Positions 60,706-64,000 of a DNA stretch of 64,000 bases are shown here, piece by piece (the stretch's first letter is position 1; each line of letters starts with the position of its first letter). Source of the stretch: an uncultured Pelagibacteraceae bacterium (lineage in GTDB: Bacteria; Pseudomonadota; Alphaproteobacteria; Pelagibacterales; Pelagibacteraceae); assembly GCA_902522365.1 (NCBI GenBank), contig CABYVH010000001.1, positions 727 through 64,726 on the forward strand, in the 5' to 3' direction. The position numbers and the translations under genes are program-made. A model generated the notes under the pieces. The model was given only the letters and a program-made list of their open reading frames with translations, did no database searches and was not told where the DNA came from.

Positions 60706-63541
60706 TTATTTTGCCTACTTTTAAGGTTTGACTTATTTTATTTAAACCTGTGGAGTTGGAACCCTTAATCATTAAATATTCATCATTCTTAATATCATTT
60801 ATCATAAAATTTAAGATATCTTTTTTTGAATTTAATATTTTTCCACTTTTTTGTGGTTTAATTTTGTTAAATGTCTCAATAATGTCCTTGCCATATACAT
60901 AAACTTTATCAATTTTGGAGTCATTTATATACTTGGCAGCTTCTATGTGAAGCTTTTTAGAATATTTACCAAGTTCAAGCATATCCCCCAATAAAATTAA
61001 TTTTCTTTTAGATTTAGTATTTAAGGTATTTAATTTATTTAAGGCAAATTGAAGAGATAAAGGATTAGAATTATAACTTTCATCGATTAGATAAATTTTT
61101 TTTTTTTGTAACTTAATTATACTTAAATCTCCCCTTCCCACTGGAAATTGATAGTCATTAAAAAAAAACTTATCTAATTTTTCTAAATCAAAGTAAAGAG
61201 AGATTACTGCTAAAGTTGATAAAATATTATAAATATAATTTTCTAAATTTTTTTTTATAATAAATTTTAATATTTTTTCATTATTTTTTATATAAATAAC
61301 AGAACTAAGTTTTCCTTTTTTGATATTAATCAAACTTACATCTGATTTATTTTTTATTCCAAATGAAATTATTCGTAATTTTCTTTTTATCGATTTAGAT
61401 TTAAAAAATTTAAAAAATTTATCATCAGCATTTAATATAATTGAGCCATGTTCAACAATGTTATCAATTATTTCTGATTTAGCATTAGCTATACCTTTTA
61501 AATTTTTAAAGTTTTTAATATGTGCATATGAAATATTAGTAATAACTCCAACATTGGGCATTATTATTTTGGTTAAAAAATCTATTTCTCCCTGCTTATC
61601 CATCCCAACTTCAAAGATACCAATTTTATCTTTATAATTTATATTGAATAGAGAAATTGGAACTCCATACTTGTTATTAAAAGATTTTTTTGAATAGGAT
61701 GTTTGGCATATTTTATTCATCATTTGCCCTAGCATCTCCTTTAAAGAAGTTTTGCCTGATGATCCTGTAATTGCTATAGAGGAAATATTAGATGATACTC
61801 TTACCATGTTTGCAACTTCTGAAAATGTTTTTAATGAGTTTTTTACATATAAATCATTTTTTAATTTAATTTTTTTCTTATTTTCATTAATTGAAATAGA
61901 GGCTCCATTTTTAAAAGCTTGATTAACAAATTTATTTCCATCAAAGTTTTTTCCCTTAATGCCAAAGAAAATATTATTTTTTTTTGTTTTTCTTGAATCT
62001 ATTGAAGCTTCATTAATAATAATATTTTTTTCTATTTTCTTTTTAGTTATCTCTGAAACAATATTTGATTTCCAATTTTCATTTAAAGATTTATTTTTAA
62101 TCCTAATATATTTTTCGATACATTTTTTATCTGAAAAGAACTTTTTAGATACATATTCTTGATAGACTTCATGACCTTTTCCAGCGACAATAACTATCTC
62201 GTTTGACTTAATATCCAAAATTGCAGACTTTATTGCACTCTCTCTTGATGGTATTTCTATTACTTTGCTCTTTGCAATATCAGATTTGACATCTCTTCTT
62301 ATTTTATTTGGATCTTCACTTCTTGGATTATCGTCTGTTAAAAATATTTTATCACAATATCTATTCGCAATGTTTCCCATAATCTTTCTTTTGGGTTTAT
62401 CTCTCTCACCTCCACATCCAAATACTAAATTAATTTTTCGTAATTTAAATTGTTCCTTCACGTTTTTAATACAGGTCATTAAAGCATCTGGCGTATGAGC
62501 ATAATCAAGGATAACAATTCCATTATTATGAAGGTTTCCTACCTTTTCTAATCTTCCATTTACTGGCTTTATTTTTTGTGTAATTTTTAAAATTTTTTCT
62601 AATAAAATTTTACTTTTCATAGCTGCCATGATTGCCATAAGTAAATTTTTAATTTGAATACTTCCAATTAACTTAGTTGAAAAAGAGTATTTTCGTTTAT
62701 CAAATATGAAAGTTATTTTCTGTTCGTCTTTTAAAAATTGATGATTGATTATTGTAAAACTTGATTTGGAATTTCCTAATGTAAGTCTTTTTATTTTATT
62801 ATATTTAGTAATTTTATTTAAATTTGATGAAATTTTTAATTCATCATCATAAATAGCATAAGACTTTTTTTTCAATAATTTTTTAAATAATATTAATTTT
62901 GAATTAAAATAATTTTTAAAGGTTTTGTGATAATCTAAATGATCCCTTGTTAAATTCGTAAATATACCAGCATCAAATTTTAGTCCATCTAATCTATTTT
63001 GATATAATCCATGACTCGATGCTTCCAAAATAACATTTTCAATTTTTTTTTCTTTTAATTTCTCCAAAATTTTATTTAATTGAATAGTATCAAAAGTGGT
63101 ATTTGAAAATTTTTTTTTTATATTTAAACCTTTGACTCCTAATGTTCCAATTGAAGCTGCTTTAATTCCATTAAAAGTTAAAATTTGAAAATAAAAATTT
63201 GCTATAGATGATTTACCATTTGTCCCCGTTACAGCTATTAAATTTTTTGGTTTTTTGCTAAATATTTTAGAACTAAATTTAGCTAATAAATTTCTAGGGT
63301 TTTTATCTTTTAAAAATAAAATATTATTTTTCCAAATATTCGTGTTTAATTTATCAGTGATTATTATTTTTGATCCATTTTTAATCGCTTCATTTATAAA
63401 CAAGTTTCCATCAGTATTATTTCCTTTAAATGCAAAAAAAATAAATCCTTCTTTAACTTTTTTAGAATTAAAAGCTATCCCTTTAAAACTTAAATCATAA
63501 TATTTTTTATTTAAATTTGGGAAGTAATCTTTGAGTAACAT
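60695..63541 (-). CDS. murE: Fused MurE-MurF ligase
   Basis: MurE half: TGTNGKSS, EASSHG, DHLDYH, DYAHTPD, DDNPR, AGKGHE. MurF half: TGSSGKT, SFNN..GVP, DESYNSNP, GDMLELG, KGS. Confidence 0.95.
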   Translation of the reverse strand: MLLKDYFPNLNKKYYDLSFKGIAFNSKKVKEGFIFFAFKGNNTDGNLFINEAIKNGSKIIITDKLNTNIWKNNILFLKDKNPRNLLAKFSSKIFSKKPKNLIAVTGTNGKSSIANFYFQILTFNGIKAASIGTLGVKGLNIKKKFSNTTFDTIQLNKILEKLKEKKIENVILEASSHGLYQNRLDGLKFDAGIFTNLTRDHLDYHKTFKNYFNSKLILFKKLLKKKSYAIYDDELKISSNLNKITKYNKIKRLTLGNSKSSFTIINHQFLKDEQKITFIFDKRKYSFSTKLIGSIQIKNLLMAIMAAMKSKILLEKILKITQKIKPVNGRLEKVGNLHNNGIVILDYAHTPDALMTCIKNVKEQFKLRKINLVFGCGGERDKPKRKIMGNIANRYCDKIFLTDDNPRSEDPNKIRRDVKSDIAKSKVIEIPSRESAIKSAILDIKSNEIVIVAGKGHEVYQEYVSKKFFSDKKCIEKYIRIKNKSLNENWKSNIVSEITKKKIEKNIIINEASIDSRKTKKNNIFFGIKGKNFDGNKFVNQAFKNGASISINENKKKIKLKNDLYVKNSLKTFSEVANMVRVSSNISSIAITGSSGKTSLKEMLGQMMNKICQTSYSKKSFNNKYGVPISLFNINYKDKIGIFEVGMDKQGEIDFLTKIIMPNVGVITNISYAHIKNFKNLKGIANAKSEIIDNIVEHGSIILNADDKFFKFFKSKSIKRKLRIISFGIKNKSDVSLINIKKGKLSSVIYIKNNEKILKFIIKKNLENYIYNILSTLAVISLYFDLEKLDKFFFNDYQFPVGRGDLSIIKLQKKKIYLIDESYNSNPLSLQFALNKLNTLNTKSKRKLILLGDMLELGKYSKKLHIEAAKYINDSKIDKVYVYGKDIIETFNKIKPQKSGKILNSKKDILNFMINDIKNDEYLMIKGSNSTGLNKISQTLKVGKINAF

Positions 63542-63552
63542 GGTTTACGCTC

Positions 63553-64000
63553 TTAATATTTTGTGGCTAAAATTGGCCCAATTTTTTCCATTATCTGACC
63601 TGTTACCCACACAGTAGTCCAACCTGCTGTATTCCTCCAATTGCCTTTGTAAGGATATCTATCGTCTCTGTAATGATAGACAAACTCTCTATTTGCTTTT
63701 GGTTCATCCAACATTACAGCTAATACAAATTTCGGGTCTGAGGTCGGAAAAATTGATGCAAAAGTATTTACTTTTTTTTTTGAATAGCCACCCTTTGAAG
63801 GTTGATCTGCGGTACCAGTTTTTCCTCCTATTTCATAACCTTTAACATTTGCAAAGCCTGCAGTTCCTTCTTTTGTTGACACAATTTTTCTCAGAATGGG
63901 GTTTATTTTTTTTGATAAATTTTCATTAAGTATTCTTTTTTTTTTCAAATTTTCCTTCTCAAATAATGTAGGTGCTATTTCGTATCCACCATTGCTTATA
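63553..64000 (-). CDS. ftsI: Penicillin-binding protein 3 / FtsI, C-terminal part (5' end outside the window)
   Basis: Frame open to the window edge (ISNGGYEIAPTL...); GTA, GGKTGTA transpeptidase motif; directly upstream of murE. Confidence 0.9.
   Translation of the reverse strand, partial: ISNGGYEIAPTLFEKENLKKKRILNENLSKKINPILRKIVSTKEGTAGFANVKGYEIGGKTGTADQPSKGGYSKKKVNTFASIFPTSDPKFVLAVMLDEPKANREFVYHYRDDRYPYKGNWRNTAGWTTVWVTGQIMEKIGPILATKY

Overview
AT-rich (roughly 28-30% GC by eye), extremely gene-dense alphaproteobacterial chromosome segment that looks like Pelagibacterales (SAR11). The assignment rests on the proteorhodopsin-ferredoxin-FNR-GST block, the MurE-MurF fusion and the tiny intergenic spacers. 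Most of it is core genome: a pxpABC/TRAP pyroglutamate locus, panB, gloA, guaAB, rlmE, psd/pssA, icd, alaS, recA, tolC, umuDC, dksA, proteorhodopsin, prpE, pyrC, fumC, uvrD, ligA, bamD, lpxC and the dcw cluster. I see no rRNA, tRNA, CRISPR array or mobile element. The strongest candidate for an undescribed system is a tightly coupled minus-strand run at 24.7-32.6 kb: GT-C glycosyltransferase, an unannotated 41-aa membrane protein, GT2, DUF1800, Tat-exported DUF1501, then three secreted polysaccharide-lyase-fold proteins with non-canonical catalytic motifs. Other notable signals are (1) ftsZ and recN missing from their usual slots in an otherwise intact dcw cluster, (2) a DnaA-box pair plus three helically phased GANTC sites and an SOS box in the GFA/umuD intergenic region, and (3) a DctP6/7-like TRAP transporter beside 5-oxoprolinase. 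All family calls come from motif recognition only; no database search was run.
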